Source of the DNA: Antedon mediterranea
Taxonomy: Eukaryota > Animalia > Echinodermata
Length of the DNA stretch: 64,000 nt
Assembly (NCBI RefSeq): GCF_964355755.1
Contig: NC_092675.1
Span: forward strand, 31,282,912 to 31,346,911
Direction: 5' to 3'
A program made the position numbers and the translations under genes. A model generated the notes under the pieces. The model ran no database searches. It was given only the letters and a program-made list of their open reading frames with translations, and was not told the origin of the DNA. Positions 12,001-24,000 of this stretch are shown here, piece by piece. Every line of letters begins with the position of its first letter. Within the stretch, counting starts at the first letter, position 1.

Positions 12001-15000
12001 TGTAAGAACCCCCTTATTGGAAAATGGTATGAACCATTGGTGTATATTAAAGGTTGTCTTCAAGACAAATTACAAATTTTATGTATGAAAGTTCACATTT
12101 TGATACTGTCGTCAATATATTATTGCGATTGTTGAAGACAATCCGACATATTTCCATCGGGAAATTTGACAATGATGTCAACGATGATGATGATGCCACT
12201 CAAGGAGAAGGAGGAAGGCGTTTCATATCCTTACATTTCTGTTTTGGCAATTAATTTTCTAAAACATTTATTAGGTTTTTGTAATTTAAGGGTAGCAATT
12301 GGTAGCCAATAATCACATGAATGTTTAGCAGGCAGATTATGTGTCGTAAATAAAACCAATAACATTTAACTACTTTTCTGTTTGATTCTATATTTCGTAA
12401 TTACTATTTATTGCAAACTTTTTATTATCTTATTCTTGGCTCAGCTTAAGGATATAGAATTTAACCATTTGATATTGATCTTGATATTGGATGGATTGAG
12501 TATTAAAAGCCTTTAGCAAAAAGCAGGAAGTGGGTTAGCTCCAGGAAGGTTTAGGTCATAAGGCTAGTAGCTCAGTTTACCTGGCAGCAGACTTAGAACA
12601 CCTTTACAAAATGGCACACCTTACTACTTCTTGGAGAAATGCATATGAACGCGATTATGATGGCAAGTTGTTATCTTTTTATAACATTTTTGTTCTGTTA
12701 ATTTAATATTTTAGGTGATTCCATTAGTAAATTTTGATATAGCATCACTTTACCTCAAGTATTTATATACTTTATTAGGATACTAGGAGTAGACACATTA
12801 CTACTCAAAAAATGAAATCACTTTCAATTACATCTAATGCTAGAAATGTTTAGAAAGAGTTTAACAATCATACTAGTTAAATTTGTATAATTATTTGGGA
12901 AATTACATAAAGAAAAGAATCGAATGAGTAATGAATGAAAATGTTGAGTTGTATACAACTGATGGTTGTTCCTTTTGTTGGATATAAATAATAGTGATTG
13001 CTAATCAAAATTTATGTATTCAAAATTTATCATGTTTTTAGCGTTAGTACCAGCAAGTAAATTATGTTTTAAAAATAAAAAAGGACAGTAGTGAATGTTG
13101 CATTATTAACCTAGGTAATTATTTTGTCATGGCTTTTGTTCGTCCGTCTCCACATCATGCAATTTTCACTCGTCATAAAGTGATGAAGTCGTGCAACACC
13201 AACTGATAATGACCTCCCAGATGAATAAATATGAATTTTAAATATGTAAATGAGGTAGTTGATTCAGGCATTGGTTATCTAAAAGTTCTTTGTCTGATAC
13301 ATATCAATACAGACAAAAAGTAAATCTGCATTTCAAATTCAGACGTTGAATATTGCACACATGTATACTTGTGTGTGAAAGGAAGTTTAGAATTCATAAT
13401 TGATTTTATTTGCAATTTGAATACTTTGTAATAAATATGCAGGTCATGTCTTTACTTTTGAAGCAAAGCAATTATTGAAAAACAATTAAATATGTGGAAT
13501 TAACAATGCATGTGTATCATAGCCAGAATAAGTGATTTCACAATGTGAAAATTAATTTGTTTTGCACGAATGTTGGAATCGATTGTTTTGAAGAAATACA
13601 GCGTCAAGGATTTATCAATTAGTTTAGTGATTGGTGGAATAATTTTGTGAAATGTTTCGTACAAGACATGGTATAGCAGTACCTCCACTGCATCAAGGTA
13701 TAGCACTTCCATTCCATCAAGGTATCTTATATTTCATTATTAACTCTAAAACAAATAGTAATCAATCGCAATGTTTGTCTTTATATTAGCCTGTATGTTT
13801 GCCTTTAAGTACAGAACCGTTATGCCGCTCAAAGTGCCTTTTAGCCATCTTAGATTTGTAGTCCATTTAATTAAAAACCATAAATTCAAGAGTTTGTGTT
13901 ATTGACTTAAGTATGGTATAGTTTGAGTTACAGAAAATGTTAGTCCCAAGTTAATTAATACATTGATTATGAAAATAATTGGCTTGCTGTTCTCTGTATA
14001 TCATTTATTCTATCATTTAGATTTTGTTTTAAAATTAAAGATTGGCTTTTATGTAATTGAGGTTTCTTAAATTAAACATTTCTCGATATGCTTACAGTGT
14101 AACTTTAAATTGTTATTTTCTATTGTTACTATTATATTTTATTGATTATAAACTTACAGGACTATGTGATGAATACTCACAGCAGGACTATGTGATAAAT
14201 ACTGTACAAAAATGAATACTTATTTGTAAAATCATACAATAACATTAAATATAATAATATAGTATTGTATTTTAAATACATGAAAGTATATTTCTTAACA
14301 CTATAATACTGATCTGTGTGAGATGATGAATAGGGAGATGGAATCAAAAGCGTCTTCTAACTTGTGTAGAAACCGACTAAACATTGGGACAGAAGCTACG
14401 GAGACATCTAGAAGGGAGTCTACTAGAATGATGTCACAAGCTAAGATGTCCACTGCACAGCTCAAACTGTTTTTTTATAACTACAAGCCATTTTACTTCA
14501 TAGAATACTACAAAGATTCATTAAATGATTCCAAATTTAAGAGTATGTTACTTGTCCATCCTCCTGTCCTCATTTTATTTTTCCTGCTTATGACTATTGT
14601 AATTGTAATCATAAACTATAATTTTTGAATACATTAACATTTTATTTATCAGTATTATTCACTTTTATTGACATAATCATTTTATCATATAAATGTTTGT
14701 TGCATACATTAAATTGTTTTTCTATTGACACAATAGTTGACCTTTGACATATTGATTGAATGTGATTTATTGTTAAACTTATCTAACAGATGATTCTCCT
14801 TCAGTTCTTGAATAATTAATTGTATAAATTAACCTCCGTTGCATTAATTGTTTGGTTGTCTGTAAGTGTAAGGGTTTTATAGTGATAGGAATAGTGTACA
14901 TGCAAGGTATTGTATAAAGGTAAGGGTTTCATAGTGATAGGAATAGTGTACATACAAGGTATTGTATAAAGGTAAGGGTTTTATAGTGATAGGAATAGTG

Positions 15001-18000
15001 TACATACAAGGTATTGTATAAAGGTAAGGGTTTTATAGTGATAGGAATAGTGTACATACAAGGTATTGTATAAAGGTAGGACTGCTACTATATTGTACCA
15101 AACTATCATAGAGGTGCAGTTATGTACATGCTACTTCCGCTTAATAGATCTAGTAGACTACATTTGATTTGACTTAGTTATTGTAGGAATATATGAATGC
15201 TATATACAGTATGAATGCTATATACAGTATGAATGCTATATACAGTATGAATGCTATATACAGTATGAATGCTATATAAAATACAATACTAATTTGTCTG
15301 TGGTTTATTCTACAGTTGTGTATTCTAGGAAGAATATTTTAGTTTATTTAATTTATTTTATTTTATTTCATCCATGGAGTAAAGTATACTCCATGTTTCA
15401 TCACAACCAACAGCAATATGTACATCGAAGAATTAGTGCCACCATGGTAAATTATTCAATAACTATATTTTGAGTCCAATTGTAGGCCTGTTTAATATTG
15501 CGAAATGGTAATAATTGATAGTAATGTACAAAAAGGTAGTACGTTGTATGTTATTGGAAGAGGTAACTTTTAGTTCTACTGTATGCTACCAAATTGATTG
15601 AAGTTCCTGTTTACATGCTGCAGTAGTTTGTTTGTCAGTTTGTCTATAGTTCATTAAACAGAAATCTAAACCCATTATACTTCCGCGATATACTATTGTG
15701 TATTTTGTTCCGTCCACTACATTTAATCTTGAATAATACTGACCTGGGTTCAGCTAGGGAATAGTGTGTGCAAAAGAAAGCTGCAAACAAAGGAAAAGGT
15801 TTACATTAATAATAATTTTTTTGATATTTCAATGAATTGCAGGTCCACGACATGGTACAACAAGATACCCAACGCGACATGGTGAAGGAAAGTCAGCTAC
15901 AAATCAAATGCACTACGGATCAAGGGAAGGGGCTACTCAATATCATCACCCGGGACGTCTAGGCAACATGCCAAACGGACTTGAAGGAATGGTGCCCAAT
16001 GGGAGCAAAGCACCAAGTTACGTACCCAGATTGTCGTCTGATTTGGAGGATTTGAAATCAAGCTATGATCAAGCGCTGCGAGAAGTAGACTATTACAGGA
16101 AACAACATAACAATGTTATGAAACACAATGAGACTATTAAGGAAGAGGTACAAGCTTTAAAACTTGATAAAAGTGATTTACAAGGCAAATTAAATCAATC
16201 AATTAAAGAATTTCAAAACTTAAAACTTCATAATGATGAGAATTACAAAGAACTTATGGAGTTACGTCGTCAAAATCGAGAGGTAATCTTATCTGGGTCG
16301 TCGGAGGTCTTAAACAAAATGTATGACACTGCGTTAGATAGATGGGAGGCGTTAAAAAAAGATTATGAAGCTTTAAGAAAATCACATTTAGACCTTATTT
16401 CAGATTTTAGTTATCATAAAAGTATATTAGAACAAAAGAACGAAGATTGTACACAGCTACAAAAAAGAAATGAATCACTTTTATCAGAAAGGGATTACAT
16501 TGAAAAAGAGTTAATACATGTTAAGCAACAAGTCGCAACTGCACGCAGAGATTTTGATTTAGAAGTCCGTCAAAAACTTGAGAAAGATCTGTTGAGTCGA
16601 ACTCGGGAACGAGATCATTACAGTAAACGTTTCCAAGACGCGCGTAAAGATCTCTTAAAGATGACGCAAGAACGTGATGCAGCCGTGTCTGAACATAAAC
16701 TAGTAATGAAAGAGCGTGACACTGTCCACCGAGAGATCAATTCACTGCATGAGCAGGTTGAACAAGACAATAAAAAATTAAAAGAAAAAGAAATTGAAGT
16801 GAAACAACTAAAACAATCAAATGAGACATTAGGTCGACAATTACAAGTTATAAAAGATCAAAAATCTAAGTTTGAAACAAACTGTTTACAGATGAATAAC
16901 ATACTTGCATCTATTGAAAAAGATCGAGCAAAAGTTCAAGAAGAATGTGACAAATTCAGTCAAGAACGCGACATTGCGCAACATGAAAGAATCCAAGCTA
17001 TCACAGATTACGAAGCCATGCAACAACGGTGCTACAATGCCGTTCAACAGAAACAAAATATGTTTTCCGAGTTCCACATGGCTAACCAAGAACTTGACGC
17101 TCTACGTAAACGAATTGAGATGTTAGAGGGCGAAGGAAATGACTTACAAAAGGACGTAACAAACAAAAGTAAACAACGTGATTTTGCGTTTAGCGAGTGG
17201 GAAAAGACGGTCAAAGAACGAGATAGTATTAAAGCAATGTGCGATAAACTACGTAAAGAACGAGATCTTGCAGTGGCTGATTATGCTGAAGCCTTAAGGT
17301 CATCAGATGGTATAAAGAGGCAGCTTAGCAACGCAACAAAAGAGTTAAAAGAAGCAAAGTAAGTATTATCAGAAATCATAGTTCATAGACTATACCATTT
17401 GTGGAGAGGGGTGTTCAATGAAATGTTTTACTTTTCGAGATATATCACGCTCTTTGAGGAGAAAGGGCTATTGTCGTTTTATCCAGGTAAGCTAGCACTC
17501 ATAGACTACAAACACCACTGTTGGTTTGGTGTATTTGTATTCTAATAATTAGTTCCAGAAGAAGTACTCACCTGGTTCCATATTGAATGTTTGTATAAAA
17601 TGTTTGATATTTTGATTGTAGAGCTAAGATGGTTGGAGGTGACCGGAGAATGAAGCAGTCTGTGACGCATCATAGTCGTGACTCCGCCATTGATGCAGAC
17701 TTTCAAGAGTGGGAGACTGAAACTATTGAATTTGAGTTTGAAACAGAGAAGGTATATCATTTTCCAATATCAACAAACCTAATATATTTTCTAAAACTTT
17801 ACTGGAACTGTGGCTTCCAACTTGTCCAATCCCAGACACCCTTTAGACTGACTTTAATTAATATGCAAAAATGTAAGTTTTAAGGCAATTTTTACTGATT
17901 CTGATTTAGAAAGAGTTGACTGTGTAACACCATTAAATAAAGTACAGAACCATTTGTGTGTTATTAGTATGCATAACTGCTATCGTCTAGAGAGTGAACG

Positions 18001-21000
18001 CTAATGTCTTCGTTATAATGCACTAAATGAGTTTTTATACTGCCATTATCACTGGAATCAGATACTTAATAGTGATCCATACTATTAAACAAAATGACTT
18101 TAGGCATCTTCTTGATTTACTAAAATTATGATTTGCACTTTATATGATTTCCAACTAATCCTCCCAATAATGTGTACATTGTATTATTACATCAGTAGTA
18201 CATATCATTTGAATGAATTTTCCACTACAACGATACAATACAAGAATCTCAACAATTTATATTTTAGTAGTAGTCATACTAAACTTGATTTGGTTAAATT
18301 AACAGAGTCTCCAGCTAAATTAACACCAAAAAAAAAAAGCTGGCTACAATTCCCTCAAGTTAACAAGCCCAACTGTTAATTTTACCGAAACATGCCAAAG
18401 TCTTGTTAAAACTAACCATACTATTAAAAGTCCAATGCCACATTTTGGTCTTGGTAAAAATTGATCTTTTTGAAAAGGGGGACCACACATTATGGAGACT
18501 GTGATCGATCATTTGACACACTAGTTATGCCCCATACCCAGTCATGCACTATGCTTACAAGCGTGTCGAGCGTTTTAATGCAATAACATATTCTAAACAA
18601 TCCTTGTTTCAATCCATTTTGTGTCTATACAGTTGACAATCTAGTACAGTACTTATATTATATCTATTGGTAAAACTAACTCTAGGGTACCATTTTACTG
18701 TAGGTTAGTTGAGTTGTCACTGCCTAGTATAAAGAGTAACATTTGCCCATTCATACCACTATGATGGGGTCTAAACATTACCACTCACAAAAGTGACTTA
18801 TGTTTAATCCTGTATTTAAACATTTTTATAATGCTGTACTATTTAGGAATGTGATGCAAGTGTGCTAGGTTTTGAATTTGGTGATCATAAAATGAATTCC
18901 CATCATGTACCAGACGAGTGTTCGTCTATCTTTGTATCCAAGGTTGACAAGGGAAGCCGTGCTGATGGCAGACTTAGGTAAGAGTACAACCAACCATGTG
19001 CCAATGTCTGTAATATCAATCAGATATTGATAGAGTACAGTAATTGGATCGCAATAATACTATAATAATACCATAAAATGACGACTCATCAATGGTTACT
19101 AATTGGAAAGAGAAGCAAATACTTATAATAATTTAATCTGTAGGCAAACATTTATCAGTTGGATTATACTGAATACTGAAATGCTTTATTTGTCCATTAT
19201 CATAATAAAATAACAATAAAAGTTCTTATTATATAAATATTGGCAAATATTAGTACGATAAAAAACAGTTAAATATAAACAAAAATTAGCATCATTTGAT
19301 AGTATTGTTCAGCTAAAGTTATTTATATTTTAATGTTTTTTTTTATACAGAGTGAATGATTACATAATGAAAGTGAACAATATCAACTTGATTAATGTAC
19401 ATGATCGTAAAACTGCCATAGAAGCCCTAAAGAAGTGTCGTGGTATAGTCAACATTGTACGTACAATTAACAATGTTTAAAGTAATCTTTCTACAATTCA
19501 CATTCAGAGGTATTAAAAAAATGAATTTTGTTTGTTTTCATCAAGGTTGTAAAGCGACGTAGATGTTCTTCCAGCAAAATGGTGCACTCTGTCAAATTAT
19601 ATCTTGCTGGTGAAGATCATGGGCTCAGTCTGGAATCTGGAGTCTACATCAGAAAGATCAGCCCAGGATCCATTGCAGCTAAAGAGGGCACTCTTTCTGT
19701 AGGTGACAGGATTATATCGGTGGGTTTTGTATTCATATTAATTGTAGTTACTACTAAATTACTACCATATTACAGTAAACCTAAACTAATATACTTTATT
19801 AAACAGAAGAATTAACAAATGAATAATTAAATAAATAATAATAATTAACATAAAAACAATTTTTTTAAATAAGTAATATTTATTTGTAGATTAATGGGAT
19901 ACAGCTAGAGAACAGTACTACTAGAGATGTTGAGAAGATGCTTCAGATGTCAGGTGACCCAATCCTGATAGGGATCCTAAGATCAAGCAGTACAAGTTCT
20001 TTTTCCACGAGTACGAGTCCAACGTTGGATTCCAACAAGAGCCAAGAATCCACGTCATCAAGTCTTGCACCATTCCTTGATGTTGACCACAGAGATTCTT
20101 CTAAATCTGAATGTAGTACGCTAGAAAGAACAAAAAAGGATATTTATCGTGCTATGCCAATCCAGATAACTTCTCCATCGGAAGAGAGTTTTACAATTCA
20201 CAATCTACAAGAAAAGAAAAGCAGGAATTCATCTACATCATCTGATGATCCGTGGAAGTTAAAAACTGAACATCAAGAACATAGACATCAAGATCGTAGA
20301 CATGATAAACGAAGTATAAACGACACCATCAAACATCATGAATCGCACCAAAAAGACAACTCATACCCTCATCAACGTCAGAACTCGCAAGATAAACATT
20401 TGATTGGGTACAGAAGTCAAACACCAGATAATTTACAAGAATCTGCTAAACATTCCCGCATTAGATACAGTCCAAATGATAAACCACGAATTCCAACACA
20501 AAAACCTAATTCTCGCAATAAAGATAAATTGGACCCTTATTGGGCACAAACAAATGGCACTACCATGACAACAGAGGCTGGTGACCGTAGGTTATCTGGG
20601 ACAATTGAATCACCAAGAACTCAACGGGCAACAAATGGAACGTGGCCAAAGTCACGTCAACCTCCAGAAGTATTTACCAATAGTAAAACTAAAAAATCAA
20701 AGAATCGAGAAACCATTATTCCAATTGTAAACCAAGAATTGTTTCTAGATCCAAAGGACACGTTAAAACCAAATGGTCTTCAAAGAAAACCGAACAAATT
20801 ACCATCTGAAAACCCGGTGCCACCACCACTCCAATCTAACCAACATAAAGTTTATCCAACAAATCGGAGGCAAGTTCATAGTGTTCATTTGGCGTCCTTT
20901 TCATTACCTAATACAAGTGAAGAATTTGTTAACCATGAGAGTGCTATATTATCCCCAGACACGTCATCTTCGATTCGTTCTGCCAAATCTAACCAAAGTG

Positions 21001-24000
21001 CAATTGCTCAAAATGCCAATGTCCAAAGACAAGTATCGGAATCTCAGTACTATAAAGTAAATCAACATACCACCTCTAGTTTACCATGGGTAAGCCCGAC
21101 ATCTGAGAAAAATATACAGTCGCGGATAAGTCCCACGTCACCCTCAGACTTTACGTTCCATCTTACTAACCAGCCAACTAGCGTTCCCGCCACGTCGCAG
21201 ATTGTACGACATCAGTATTTTGTGCCGAGTTACATGGCAGAAAGCTCACCAGTAAATCGTGGCCCTGGACATACCCGTGACAGAGTAAATTCACGATCAC
21301 CATTGTCAGAGATGCAAGGCGGAAGATCGATGACTTTGCCGTCAGAAAACTACCAAAGTAGCAATAATAATAATCATCGTATTCTTGAAAATATGACACC
21401 AGAATTGCAAAAGTATCTGACACAGCCAAATGTTGGAACTTTATCTCTTCCCACATCATTTCCAAGGCCAGAACGTATTCATTTAACATCAGGAAAGCAA
21501 CGCATGAGTCCTGGACCTACGCAGTCCAACAATTCTTTAGAACGAAGTGAGTTTAGTAATTTTTAAAGCTAGTTGGGTTTGCAGTACACTATTTGTTTCC
21601 AAAAGGTATGGTTGGGATGTTTCCCTTGTTGTGCTACAATCTTCTTTCTAGAATGCAGTATAACAACCAAAACATCAAGAAATTCTCAGCCATCCTTTTT
21701 GGAAAGACATAGCACTGCAAACTTAACTTCCATTTGCCTTTAAACAATGTTGTATTTCAATGCTATATAATTGTTTTAAACACAGCACCCTATCTCATTC
21801 ATAAAACATTCTGTAAATGTTGATTTTTGTAACATTTTATCATATTTTTTTTAATCTATATAATATTTGTCTTTCTTTTTATAGGTTCTGTTCAATCATA
21901 CAGTTCAGGGGATGGAGCTATGTCGCCCTCTATACCGGAACACATGTCTGGTCGAAGTTCAGTTACATCAATGACTGAGAGTATCTACTCGCTACCACGA
22001 CCTTTTCCTCGGTAACAATGATCTTATAATCGTTATCTAGTATGGCTGTATCACTTAAATTACATTGAACACTTTAGCTCTTTTCTGTGTCATTTTTCTT
22101 TTTTTATTTGAATAGTTCAAACTTTTGTTACCTAAGTTTCTGCAATCATTTCTCATAGATAATACAGTATTAGATTGTTGTATAGCGTCATTTTATAGAC
22201 GGATGCTTGCGCTTTACAAATTGCCATTATTATTATTATTATATTAATGATGGTACTTTATATTTTTAGGGAACAAGAGATTCGTACTATTTCAATTGAG
22301 AAGAGCTCTGAGCAACTTGGTATCTCAATATGTATGGGAGTTGATGGTGGCATAATGGTTACAGATGTTCAGCCTGGTAGTCTAGCATACAGAGCTGGAC
22401 TTGTGACAGGTGATCAGATTCTAGAAGTAAGTTCATAATGAATATTATAAACTTTTACAATTTATAAATAGGTTAACAATATGTACATCATTACAACTGA
22501 TCATTTTTTCAATAAATTTTATTTATACTATATATACTAGGCCAATTTATACAGACAAGCGGAAGAACCTGCATAGCTTGTCCCACGTAGAATCTGTATC
22601 TATCATGAGTGGAAATCGCCAATCCGCTCCGCATTTTGTATATGTTCATAATGAATAACATAGATTCTAAGCCCCCGTCCGCACCACGTTGTGTGTAAAT
22701 GTTCATAAGGAATAACATAGATTCTAATTTTCATTACCGTTACTGCTTGTCTGTGTAATTTGGCCTTTATATATTGCAAAGTAATTAAAAATTAAATAAT
22801 ATACAAATTCTTTCAGGGTTCAGTTTTAGGATGTATTGTAGATCAATCTCTTTTATTTGAATAAAACTTTTACATTACAGTTAATATAACATTTGGTTTA
22901 TTATTATTTGTCTACAGTATAATGGAATAAACCTTAGAGTGTCAACATATGATCTGGCAGCTAAGATTATCTGGCAAGGAGGAGACAGTGTTCAGATATT
23001 AGCACAGTACAATCCTGAAAGTAAGCTTTTTGACTATCAATGTACCATACTAATAGCATACTCAACAAACCAGTGTTTTATTTATAATTTGTTTGTTTAT
23101 CAAAAGACAAAAAATGACAATGCTGTGGGTATCAGGATCTCAATAGAGATACAAAATAAATCAAAATAATCAGAAACAAATTGCAGAGCTTTCTGATAAC
23201 ATCAATCCTTCCTTAGTGCATTTGAGAGTCATTTTATAGTAAAATATAGTAATAGTTATTGTGCAATTTATTGACAGAAATCCATTCAGTTGAGAGACGC
23301 TCAGTATGTGCAAGTAATCAGACCACACCTACTGCTACGCCTATCAGTACCACTACCAACTCACCAGCAAGCAGTAGACCGCCCTCAGCAATGGCTTCTG
23401 ATAACGGCACAGTCACACCTCCAACACCAAGGGCTAGCATGAGTTTTGGGTAATATTTTTGGACCGAGTATTAACAACATCATAATAGAATTAGCATGTA
23501 TTGTAAACCGACAGGGGAGGCACCCTCCCCCCCCTCCCCCTTATTTCACAATCCTGGATCCGCCACTGACTGACATGTAAACAGCCACATTCTGACGCCC
23601 ATCTTCAGTGGGTATCAGCATTCTATAATAACTCATAACATTTATCCTAACATCATCAGGTATTTGTTTTTACCACATTTTAAAATCTGTATAGAAATGT
23701 TCTTTTTATACTGAATTACAATGTACAAGTTTTTCTCGTTGACTACTCTCATTTGCTTAGCTAGAGTTATTCATTTGCATGATATAATATTATCATTTAG
23801 GGCAATCTTATCATTTTTATGTTGTTTCATAATCAAACTTTTAATTTATTCATGATAGTGCTCCAATAATGGATGATGCCCCTATGCCCTGTGAACCACG
23901 GTTTGTTTTCCTTCGCAAGTTAAATTCATCGTTGGGGATAAGTACCAGTGGTGGAAACACAAGTGGAATATTTGTATCAGAGCTCCAAGCAGAGAGCATA

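Noticed and set aside
15393-15446. gccaccATG|gtaaat as another DLG5 first exon
   Set aside because: The available ATG frames end in phase 0 or 2, incompatible with the phase-1 acceptor at 15843; at most a non-coding leader.
16886-21489. Antisense and alternate-frame ORFs inside DLG5 exons
   Set aside because: Short shadows of the real coding frame with no recognisable motifs.
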